Shown here piece by piece: positions 17,430 through 24,991 of a DNA stretch of 32,000 nucleotides. The translations under genes were made by a program, and so were the position numbers. Source of the stretch: Fibrobacter succinogenes subsp. succinogenes S85. GTDB taxonomy: Bacteria; Fibrobacterota; Fibrobacteria; Fibrobacterales; Fibrobacteraceae. The stretch's first letter is position 1. Each line of letters begins with the position of its first letter. The stretch covers positions 3,600,001 through 3,632,000 of the forward strand of contig NC_017448.1 in assembly GCF_000146505.1 (NCBI RefSeq). The letters are read 5' to 3'. The notes under the pieces were generated by a model. It did no database searches. It worked only from the letters and a program-made list of their open reading frames with translations, and was not told the origin of the DNA.

Positions 17430-18418
17430 GAGAGCTCCCTCATTGCCATAATTGCTTCTTGGTATTCGCTGAGTTTGCCTGCTTTCTTGATTTTTTTGAA
17501 AATCTTTTTGGGAATGCTTGGCTCAAGGTATTCCCAGAAACTTTGTACGTGCGAGAGAATTTGGCTGTCGCCTTGGTACGTTTTGCAAGCGTGGTCAAAT
17601 ATGATCTGGTGCATTTGGAAAAGCTTGCGGAGAAAATCCTGCGGGTCGGCGCAGTTTATATCGCGCAATTCCTTGTAATCCGCGGCCATACTTGGTCTCG
17701 CAAGCATTCCTCGTCCAATCATCACGCCGGCAAGCTTCGGGTAGCGTCGTTCCATTTCACAGATTTGCGAAACGCTTGTGATGTCGCCGTTATAAACGAG
17801 CGGATGGCGGCATTCCTCATAAAACTTTTCAAATGATTTGAAATCGATTGTGCCTTTGTACTGCTGTTTGCCGAGTCTTGGGTGAAGTGTGATTTGCGAG
17901 AGCGGCGCTTCGTTTAGAATCGGGAGGATGGCAAAGGCTTCGTCGGGGGTGTCTTGCCCAAGCCGCATCTTGACGGAAAATTTTACCGGCGCAGTTCCGT
18001 TTGCGTTAGATATTTTCCTGATCTCGTCCATTATTTCTTGGACGGTTTGCTTGTCGTTTAAGATTCCTGCTCCACGATGACGGTTGACTTGCATCGGGAA
18101 GGGGCATCCCATGTTGAAGTCGATTTCCGTGTAGCCTTTAGCGATTAGCGCGTCTGCGAGGATTTTAAATTCATCGACGCTGTTCGCGATAATTTGCGGA
18201 ATCTCGCGCGCATTCCCATTCACGAATCCCGCGCAGTTCCCTTCGCGCGCATTCTTATCAAACGAATTTAAATCTCGCAAATCTTTTTCGCGCGGTTTCC
18301 CGTTTTCAATTCGCAAGAAAGGTGCGTAATAAGCATCAACACCGCCAAAGATTTCAGCGTGGGCTTTTCGATAAATGCCCGTCGTGTAACCTTGTAGCGG
18401 TGCAAATAGAATTCTCAA
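17426..18418 (-). CDS. tRNA-dihydrouridine synthase family protein
   Basis: 330 aa. APLQGYT..., EIDFNMGCPFPMQVNRHRGAGIL (catalytic Cys region), ITLHPR. Confidence 0.8.
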   Translation of the reverse strand: MRILFAPLQGYTTGIYRKAHAEIFGGVDAYYAPFLRIENGKPREKDLRDLNSFDKNAREGNCAGFVNGNAREIPQIIANSVDEFKILADALIAKGYTEIDFNMGCPFPMQVNRHRGAGILNDKQTVQEIMDEIRKISNANGTAPVKFSVKMRLGQDTPDEAFAILPILNEAPLSQITLHPRLGKQQYKGTIDFKSFEKFYEECRHPLVYNGDITSVSQICEMERRYPKLAGVMIGRGMLARPSMAADYKELRDINCADPQDFLRKLFQMHQIIFDHACKTYQGDSQILSHVQSFWEYLEPSIPKKIFKKIKKAGKLSEYQEAIMAMRELS

Positions 18419-18420
18419 AT

Positions 18421-19047
18421 TTATTTCCCGAGCGCTTTTTTCAAAGCCCTAATGGCGTTTCCGCGATGGCTGATGACCTTCTTTTCTTCAAGCTCCATTT
18501 GCGCGAACGTTCTCGTTTCACCATCCGGAACAAAAAGCGGATCGTAGCCAAAGCCCATGTCGCCAACAGGAGCGTGGTTGATTTCGCCGCGGCATTCGCC
18601 TTCAAAAATAATTGGCTTGCTGATGACAAATTCACCTTGTTCGTTCTTGGTCACGGTCTGGTACGAAAGAGCGCAGAAGTAACGAGCCTTGCGGTCTTCA
18701 ACGCCTTCGAGCTTTTGCATCAACTTGACATTGTTGGCTTCGTCATCGCCGTGCTTGCCGCAATAGCGGGCGCTGTAAATGCCCGGTTCGCCGTTCAAAG
18801 CGAAAACTTCAAGACCGGAGTCGTCGGCGAGAACGGTCGCTTCGATGTTTCGCTTGGCGAGCCATTGAGCCGTTGTATTCGACTTGATGATGGCGTTTTC
18901 GGCAAAGGAATTTCCGTCTTCAACGATGTCTTCGTCAAAACCGATGTCTTTCAAAGTCTTGAATTCGTAATGGTCTGTGCCCAAAATATGGGCGAAGTCT
19001 CTAATTTTTCCGGCACTACCGGTTGCAATAACAAAAAGGTGTTTCAT
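18421..19047 (-). CDS. rdgB: dITP/XTP pyrophosphatase (non-canonical purine NTP pyrophosphatase)
   Basis: 208 aa. ATGSAGKIRDF, EDGNSFAENA, DDSGLEV..LNGEPGIYSARY, FGYDPLF, SHRGNAIRAL. Confidence 0.88.
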   Translation of the reverse strand: MKHLFVIATGSAGKIRDFAHILGTDHYEFKTLKDIGFDEDIVEDGNSFAENAIIKSNTTAQWLAKRNIEATVLADDSGLEVFALNGEPGIYSARYCGKHGDDEANNVKLMQKLEGVEDRKARYFCALSYQTVTKNEQGEFVISKPIIFEGECRGEINHAPVGDMGFGYDPLFVPDGETRTFAQMELEEKKVISHRGNAIRALKKALGK

Positions 19048-19051
19048 AGAA

Positions 19052-19243
19052 TTAATAATGTTCCGGTTTCATGACGATCAAGATGGCGTCAACGACAACG
19101 CCTACGCCAAAGAGACCTGCGGTGCAAAGCCACAGAATGCCTGTCCAGATTTTTCCTTCGTAAAAACGGTGCAGACCCAGGTATCCGAGAAGAATGCAGA
19201 GGGCGAGAGCAATCCACTTGTTGTGTTCACCAGTAGCGGGCAT
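19052..19243 (-). CDS. TM2 domain-containing small membrane protein
   Basis: 63 aa from ATG 19243: MPATGEHNKWIALALCILLGYLGLHRFYEGKIWTGILWLCTAGLFGVGVVVDAILIV. The GxxGxHRFY motif is typical of the TM2 family. The track start 19294 adds 17 unlikely residues. Confidence 0.7.
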   Translation of the reverse strand: MPATGEHNKWIALALCILLGYLGLHRFYEGKIWTGILWLCTAGLFGVGVVVDAILIVMKPEHY

Positions 19244-19325
19244 AAAGACTCCTTTTTTAACGATATATAATTTAGAAAATTCATAGCCCCACATCCGTAC
19301 TTATATTTTTATTATAATTCCTGAC

Positions 19326-21284
19326 GTGAAAATGAAAAAATTATCTCTTTCCTTATTGAGTCTCGCAGGGCTTTCTGCGGGCATGTTCCTTGCGGCATCC
19401 TGTGCTGCTCCGTCTGTCAATCCTTCCGTGCAGGCTAATGATGCTGCTCCGACGATTCACGTCCCGGTTTATGCGGCTCCTGTGACCGTCTTCGAAATGC
19501 GCGTGCTCGACAGGGATAAGCAAGTCCGCGTCGTCGAAAAGCCAACGCTTGCCGCTCTTGATTTTGCGGCGTACTTTGCAAACCCGATCCGCATGGCGGG
19601 CATGGATGAAAAGCCTGAAAATTACACGGGCAAGATGGCAAATGCAAAGCTTGAGGAATTCCCGTTCCCGATGCTCGACTCGATTTCGGATTATGAGCCT
19701 GCCGCGGTTGCCGGTGTAGCCCCGATTGCGTGGGAACCGTTTGCGAAGATCCTTTACGCGCAGACTGGTGATGATGCTCTTGCAAAAGCCTTGAATGAAG
19801 TCGAGGCGGTCAAGTGGAATGAACCTGATGTGTTCCGCGCTTTCCAGACGGTAAGTCGTTTGTGGGGTGTGCCTGGAACGGGCGAAAATCAGGGAAAGAT
19901 TGAATGGTGGGCCGAAGTCATGCCTGCCGTTTGGACTGGCCGTACTCCGTTCTACGGTAAGCTCAAGGTCGTTTCGGGTGGTGAATCTGCGGAAGTCTTG
20001 AACTACTACATGACGGCCGAGATGAACAATGAAGAGGCAATGAATTGGGCCCGTACGCTTTCGTCTTATTGGTACCCGACTTTGAATACGGACTTGGAAC
20101 AACATACACCTGGCGCCATTTGGGAAAACTCAAGTGCGAACCGCCCGTTTGCGGTGATGCGCGGAAACCCGATGGGGAGCCCGATGTGGGTCGCATTTGA
20201 AGTTCCTGCTTTCCGCTTGACGGATGAACAGTTGCGTGCCGCTGCTGTTGCCGATTCTTTGGCGGCTGCGGGTGAAGTGGTGCCGGTGAACCGCACGCTC
20301 GATACGAGTTCTTATGCTCGCTTGGAAACGCTTGCCGCTATGGAAAATAGCTGCCCTGCAACGCCTGCGACAAAGAAGTTCCGCGAAGCATTGAAGAAAA
20401 AACTGGCGAAGCTCCCGAAGGAACAGAATGCCTGGGCTGATAACGGAATGCTCTGGTTCCGCCGCAATGCAAACTACCTCGTTGCAGACAAAATTAGCGG
20501 TCAGGATAGCCTCCACAATCCGCTCCCGAGAATGATTGAACTCAAGCAGTATCTGGATTCCATGAATGTACAGCTTCTCGTGGTCCCGGTTCCTGTGAAA
20601 GAAGAAATCTATGCAGACAAGCTTGTAAAGGGTACGCCTGCGGACTTGTGCGTAAACGTAAACGGTCGTGAATTTATCCGCGAAATGCTCGCTGCTGGGA
20701 TTGATGTGCTCGACCTTTACCCGTCTCTGATGGCGGCCCGCAGTGGCGATGACGCTCCGCATTACAGCTACCAGCGCTACGATACGCACTGGGCTTTGCC
20801 GGGCATGCTTGCCGCAATGGAACAGCTCGCTTCTCGCGTGACGCAGTACAGCTGGTATGCCGATGCCAATCCGCAGCCGGGTAGCCTCGTGATGAAGGAT
20901 ACGGTTGTGCTCCGCGAAGGGGACTTGGTCGCTCATTTGCCGGATAAGGAAAAATCCAAGTATGCCGCAGATACTCTTGCAGGCATGAAAATCTACAAGG
21001 GCGATAAATCTTACAAGGGTGGCAAAAATGCTCCGATCCTCTTGATGGGTGACTCGTTCACGGGCGTGTTTGAATCCGTGGACCAGAAGAGCGGTGGCCC
21101 GGGTTCCTTGCTTGCTTATGCGACGGGGCTCGACGTTCAGGTGCTTACGAGCTGGGGCGGAGGCCCTGGCGTTCGCGCTCGCCTCAAGAAGATGAAAAAG
21201 GACATGCTGAGCAAGCGTCTCGTGATTTACATGATGACCGCTCGCGACTACTGGCAAAGCCCGATGGAATGGGACGGAATTTAG
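19326..21284 (+). CDS. Lipoprotein with unknown N-terminal domain (~330 aa) and C-terminal AlgX/AlgJ-type SGNH-like O-acyltransferase domain
   Basis: 652 aa (GTG 19326 or ATG 19332). Lipobox LAASC. C-terminal half reads DNGMLWFRRN..., QLLVVPVPVKEEIYADKL, GIDVLDLYP, YQRYDTHWALPG (DxHW, nt 20781-20792), LLMGDSFTGVF (GDS, nt ~21048-21056). This order matches AlgJ/AlgX. Confidence 0.75.
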   Translation: MKMKKLSLSLLSLAGLSAGMFLAASCAAPSVNPSVQANDAAPTIHVPVYAAPVTVFEMRVLDRDKQVRVVEKPTLAALDFAAYFANPIRMAGMDEKPENYTGKMANAKLEEFPFPMLDSISDYEPAAVAGVAPIAWEPFAKILYAQTGDDALAKALNEVEAVKWNEPDVFRAFQTVSRLWGVPGTGENQGKIEWWAEVMPAVWTGRTPFYGKLKVVSGGESAEVLNYYMTAEMNNEEAMNWARTLSSYWYPTLNTDLEQHTPGAIWENSSANRPFAVMRGNPMGSPMWVAFEVPAFRLTDEQLRAAAVADSLAAAGEVVPVNRTLDTSSYARLETLAAMENSCPATPATKKFREALKKKLAKLPKEQNAWADNGMLWFRRNANYLVADKISGQDSLHNPLPRMIELKQYLDSMNVQLLVVPVPVKEEIYADKLVKGTPADLCVNVNGREFIREMLAAGIDVLDLYPSLMAARSGDDAPHYSYQRYDTHWALPGMLAAMEQLASRVTQYSWYADANPQPGSLVMKDTVVLREGDLVAHLPDKEKSKYAADTLAGMKIYKGDKSYKGGKNAPILLMGDSFTGVFESVDQKSGGPGSLLAYATGLDVQVLTSWGGGPGVRARLKKMKKDMLSKRLVIYMMTARDYWQSPMEWDGI

Positions 21285-21298
21285 ACGAAAGACTAAAG

Positions 21299-22048
21299 AT
21301 GAATCTCTCGTCTCTCGTCTCTCGTCTCTCCTCTAAACTATTTTGGTGGCTTTTCTTCGCGACGCTCGTGATTGCACTCCCGTTTTTGCTTTGGAACGGG
21401 AAAAGCGAGTCCATGAGCTATCGCGAAATGGCGTGCGTATTTGAAGAACGCGCGCCGGGCTGCCTTGATTCCATTAGTGACTGGCATGCGGGACTTGCTT
21501 ACTTTGATAGTAGTGTTGCGGCGACTCACGACACTTTGCAATCCCTGAAAAACCTGCTTTGGCAATTTTGGAATATCGAATTTGCCGGGGCGGGCGAGGC
21601 CGCTGTTGCTAAAGATGCTGTGCTTCCGCTTCGCGTTCTTGCAAACAAAAGATCGGGTTGCATGGGACTTTCGTGGCTTGCGCTCATGGTGGCGCAGTCG
21701 CGTGGTTTGCCTCTCGACGCTATTCTCCTTCCGGGGCATGTCTTTTTGCGTTACGGCTCCTCGGACAGTTTTGTGAATTTGGAACCGAACCGTCGCGGCT
21801 TTACCTATACCGATGAAGAATACCGTGAAAAGTACAAAAAAGGTCCTTGGACCGGCCTTGAATTTAAACCGCTTGAAACGCGACAGTTTATAGGGCTTGC
21901 CGCGTTTGATATCGGCAATTTGTACCTTGAAAACGACATTCCGCGTGCGCTCACGTGGTACCGCATGGCCGAAGAATTTTTCCCAGAATATCCGGGAATT
22001 GAGGCTAATCAATCCATTGCGAAAAATAGATTGCCAAATCCATTTTGA
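21299..22048 (+). CDS. Membrane-anchored transglutaminase-like (SirB1/Transglut_core2-like) protein with C-terminal TPR-like helix pair
   Basis: 249 aa from ATG 21299 (alternative ATG 21269 overlaps the upstream gene by 16 nt). TM helix LFWWLFFATLVIALPFLLW. Cys-His-acid pattern SGCMGLSWLALMVAQSRGLPLDAILLPGHVFLRY...VNLEPN. TPR-like IGNLYLENDIPRALTWYRMAEEFFPEYP. Confidence 0.65.
   Translation: MNLSSLVSRLSSKLFWWLFFATLVIALPFLLWNGKSESMSYREMACVFEERAPGCLDSISDWHAGLAYFDSSVAATHDTLQSLKNLLWQFWNIEFAGAGEAAVAKDAVLPLRVLANKRSGCMGLSWLALMVAQSRGLPLDAILLPGHVFLRYGSSDSFVNLEPNRRGFTYTDEEYREKYKKGPWTGLEFKPLETRQFIGLAAFDIGNLYLENDIPRALTWYRMAEEFFPEYPGIEANQSIAKNRLPNPF
21304..21333. repeat. Heptamer microsatellite (TCTCGTC)x3 plus one degenerate unit at codons 2-12 of the transglutaminase-like gene
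   Basis: tc tctcgtc tctcgtc tctcgtc tctcctc. Same TCGTCTC unit as the tract at 11487-11522. Confidence 0.8.
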
Positions 22049-22144
22049 TTACTTATTTTAATTGAAGAATCTCTGTTTTTAAGGGGAAAACGGTCAGAGA
22101 ACGAGTGGCTTGGGTTAGCTTAAAAAGCTATTTTTAAGGAGAAT

Positions 22145-24991
22145 ATGTCTAAGTCTTTTGCACATACCTTCTTCTTTGAAAAGGTACTTTTTTTAGTACC
22201 GTTTTTACTCGTTTTTTCTGGTTGTGATACTTTTTTTGGTGACCATGTGTGGCTTAATGCTCCCGTTGAAACGGACAACGCTCACGATGGCCTAATTCTC
22301 GTAAGAGCTTCGAAAGTCAAAAATTCAAGTGGTGGAACGCTTTCGTATTTGGGAACGTATGCGGCTAAGGCAAAGGCGAGTGAACGTCCGCAATTACGTG
22401 CCGCTTTGAACTATGATTTTTCCATGGGTATGCACGAGGTCACTTGTGCCGAGTTTAAGAGCATCATGGGGACGACTTTTGACGAACGGTGCAATGGCGA
22501 AGAGTCTGATCTTTTGCCGGTGACCAAGGTGACGTATTACGATGCCGTTCTTTATTCCAACGAGCGCAGTAAACGTGAAGGCTACGATACCGCCTATACT
22601 TACACATCCACGTCGGTTGATGTCACAGGTAGCTGTATTACGATGGAAGGGCTCGTGTTCCATCCGGAGGTCGATGCTTATCGCTTGCCGACCGAAGCGG
22701 AATGGATTATGGCGGCAGACCGTGACTGGAATCCGTCTGGCGAATGGAATGCGTTAAATTCAGATTTTGAACCGAAAAAAGTCTGTTCGTATGCCCGCCT
22801 CCGTGGTGATTTTTGCGACATGGGCGGTAACGTCAAGGAATGGGTTGCGGACTGGCTTGGCTATTTCAAGGATACGACCATTACTAATTACGTCGGTGGG
22901 CCTGACGGTGGCGTGCTTGGCGAGCGCGTCATCAAGGGCGGCAGTTATCGCAATGATCCTTCGGCGATTAAGCTTTACGGTCGAGGCGATGTCTACATTG
23001 TCACTTCGGCGACAAAGTCGGACTATCTCGGTTTCCGTCTGGCTTTTGGAAAAATCCCGAATGCAGTTTGGATGGGGCGTGATGGTCATGCCCGAGACAG
23101 TCGAATCATCCCGATGGCAAGTGCGACCGTTGTCAAAAACAACCTGGATACGTACCGCACCAAGCTCGTTTTCCGAAATGATGTCACGGGCAATTTGGCG
23201 TATGTTGATTACGTCAACGGGACGCTTTCTGTGACTGAAATTTCTGATTCCATTGATTCGTTCCACCCTGATATTTCTCCGGATGGCAGGCTTGTCGTGT
23301 ACTGCACGGGAATGGAAGGCGTTTCTGGAAAGTCCGAGGCGTATATCCGTGCGCTTTCTACGAGCAACGCAAAACCTTTGAAAGTCAAGGTCAATGGTAA
23401 CGTTTCGATCCCGCGTTGGCGAGTGCTTGAAAATGGCGATACGGCGATAGTCTATGTGTCCGATGCAGGGAACAACAAAAACGATGGCGAATTCAAGTCC
23501 AAGAGTACGTGGCTTGTCAAGTATGGCAATGGCCGTTTTGGAACGCCCCAAAAACTTTTTGACGGAGCGTACCATGGTGGAATTTCTAGTGATAACAGAC
23601 TGGCGGTGACGGGTGCGCGACTGTTGCGTGCGCGTGTGGCTCCTGCGGGTAAAACGCTCGCTGATGGGCGCGATACTGTTTGGTACAACGGAGAACAGGC
23701 TTGCAATGTGTCTCTTGCTAATGATGGTTCCAAGCGCGTGGCGTTCCTTGATTTTGGCGGTAAGACCGGTGCCGAATTTGTGGGTAAGAGTTACGGGACT
23801 CATGAACGTTTGCTGATTGCCGATAGTACAGGAAAACTCATCAAGGCGATTGCATCTCCGGAAGGCTTTAGCTTTGACCATGCGGAATGGGCTTTGAACT
23901 ATGCCGGCTCAGATTCTGATGGTGGCTTTATTGTGGCGACTCTTACGAATGCCAATGGTGCCCATACAAAAGTAGTCCTTGTGAATGTGGGGGATGGCTC
24001 TATTCTGGATTTGGTCGAGGGCGATGAACTTTGGCATCCGAGCATTTGGCGCCAAAAGATCAACGTGCCGGAAACGAGTAAACTGGATCCGGACAGTGCG
24101 GGCGTTTACCTGTACCCATCAGATAAGTGGGAATCCGTCATTATGCGCTATAAGATGAATCTCCTGTGGAAATACCGCGACTCGGCTAACGTCGCTATTT
24201 TGGGATCGTCGAGGCCGATGTTTGGTGTGACTCCGCTTAGTTTTGACAAGAAGTTCTTTGCCGTTAATTTTGGACAAACTCCAAACTCAATTTACATGTC
24301 CAGGGATTTCTTGAACAACTATATCTTTAGGCACATGAAAAATCTCAAGTATGTTGTCGTTTCTCTGGATATTGATTTCTGGCATAAGATTGATGGCCCG
24401 GGTGGGGACAACTTCTTCTATACGGATTTTGAAAATTATCCGGGATACGTTTATGACCGCAACCATGAATTCTGGGATGCGGGCTATCCGGATGGCTTGC
24501 TGGAATATACCGAGAGCTCCGTGGGTTCATCGGACGAAAGTTATTACATGAAGGATAGAGGCCGCTATGCGAATGCGAATTGCGGTTCCTGGCGTGAAGA
24601 ACCTGAAATTGAACAGGATAGCGTCTACCTCGATGATCATTGGAATTTGATTGACGATAGCAAGGCTGCCCTTATGACTATCATTAAAGAAGCGGCGAAG
24701 CGCGATATCCGCGTGGTGGGCCTCATTTTCCCGCAGAGCCCAGCGTATGCAAAAACCGGGGCGTTTGGCCGTTATGGACTCCGCCGCAGTTCTGCCAAAA
24801 AGTTGATTAGCGAGCTTGAATCCTTGCATAAGGAATACCCGAATTTTGTGTTGATGGATGAAAATAAAATGGGCGAGCATGACTATACAGACTTGATGGC
24901 TGTAGACGAAGACCACCTTTGCTATGGCGGAAGTTATATACTCACGTCTCGCTTGAACCGATTGTTATTATCCTGGGAGGCTGAAAAATGA
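22145..24991 (+). CDS. Paralog 1: large lipoprotein with FGE-sulfatase-like domain, TolB/PD40-like beta-propeller and DltD/SGNH-like C-terminal domain
   Basis: 948 aa. AAGGAG RBS. Lipobox VFSGC. FGE-like HEVTCAEF...VTYYDAVLYSNERSK...YRLPTEAEW...GNVKEWVADW...RVIKGGSY...YLGFRLA. Propeller FHPDISPDGRLVVYCT...SLANDGSKRVAFLDFGGKTG. C-terminal ILGSSRPMFG ... AVDEDHLCYGG. Confidence 0.8.
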   Translation: MSKSFAHTFFFEKVLFLVPFLLVFSGCDTFFGDHVWLNAPVETDNAHDGLILVRASKVKNSSGGTLSYLGTYAAKAKASERPQLRAALNYDFSMGMHEVTCAEFKSIMGTTFDERCNGEESDLLPVTKVTYYDAVLYSNERSKREGYDTAYTYTSTSVDVTGSCITMEGLVFHPEVDAYRLPTEAEWIMAADRDWNPSGEWNALNSDFEPKKVCSYARLRGDFCDMGGNVKEWVADWLGYFKDTTITNYVGGPDGGVLGERVIKGGSYRNDPSAIKLYGRGDVYIVTSATKSDYLGFRLAFGKIPNAVWMGRDGHARDSRIIPMASATVVKNNLDTYRTKLVFRNDVTGNLAYVDYVNGTLSVTEISDSIDSFHPDISPDGRLVVYCTGMEGVSGKSEAYIRALSTSNAKPLKVKVNGNVSIPRWRVLENGDTAIVYVSDAGNNKNDGEFKSKSTWLVKYGNGRFGTPQKLFDGAYHGGISSDNRLAVTGARLLRARVAPAGKTLADGRDTVWYNGEQACNVSLANDGSKRVAFLDFGGKTGAEFVGKSYGTHERLLIADSTGKLIKAIASPEGFSFDHAEWALNYAGSDSDGGFIVATLTNANGAHTKVVLVNVGDGSILDLVEGDELWHPSIWRQKINVPETSKLDPDSAGVYLYPSDKWESVIMRYKMNLLWKYRDSANVAILGSSRPMFGVTPLSFDKKFFAVNFGQTPNSIYMSRDFLNNYIFRHMKNLKYVVVSLDIDFWHKIDGPGGDNFFYTDFENYPGYVYDRNHEFWDAGYPDGLLEYTESSVGSSDESYYMKDRGRYANANCGSWREEPEIEQDSVYLDDHWNLIDDSKAALMTIIKEAAKRDIRVVGLIFPQSPAYAKTGAFGRYGLRRSSAKKLISELESLHKEYPNFVLMDENKMGEHDYTDLMAVDEDHLCYGGSYILTSRLNRLLLSWEAEK

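Noticed and set aside
22108-22130. tagctt-aaa-aagcta hairpin plus TTTTT between the transglutaminase-like gene and paralog 1 as a terminator
   Set aside because: The stem is only 6 bp and AT-rich, so predicted stability is low. It lies 15-20 nt from a strong RBS. That is insufficient to claim it separates the transcription units.
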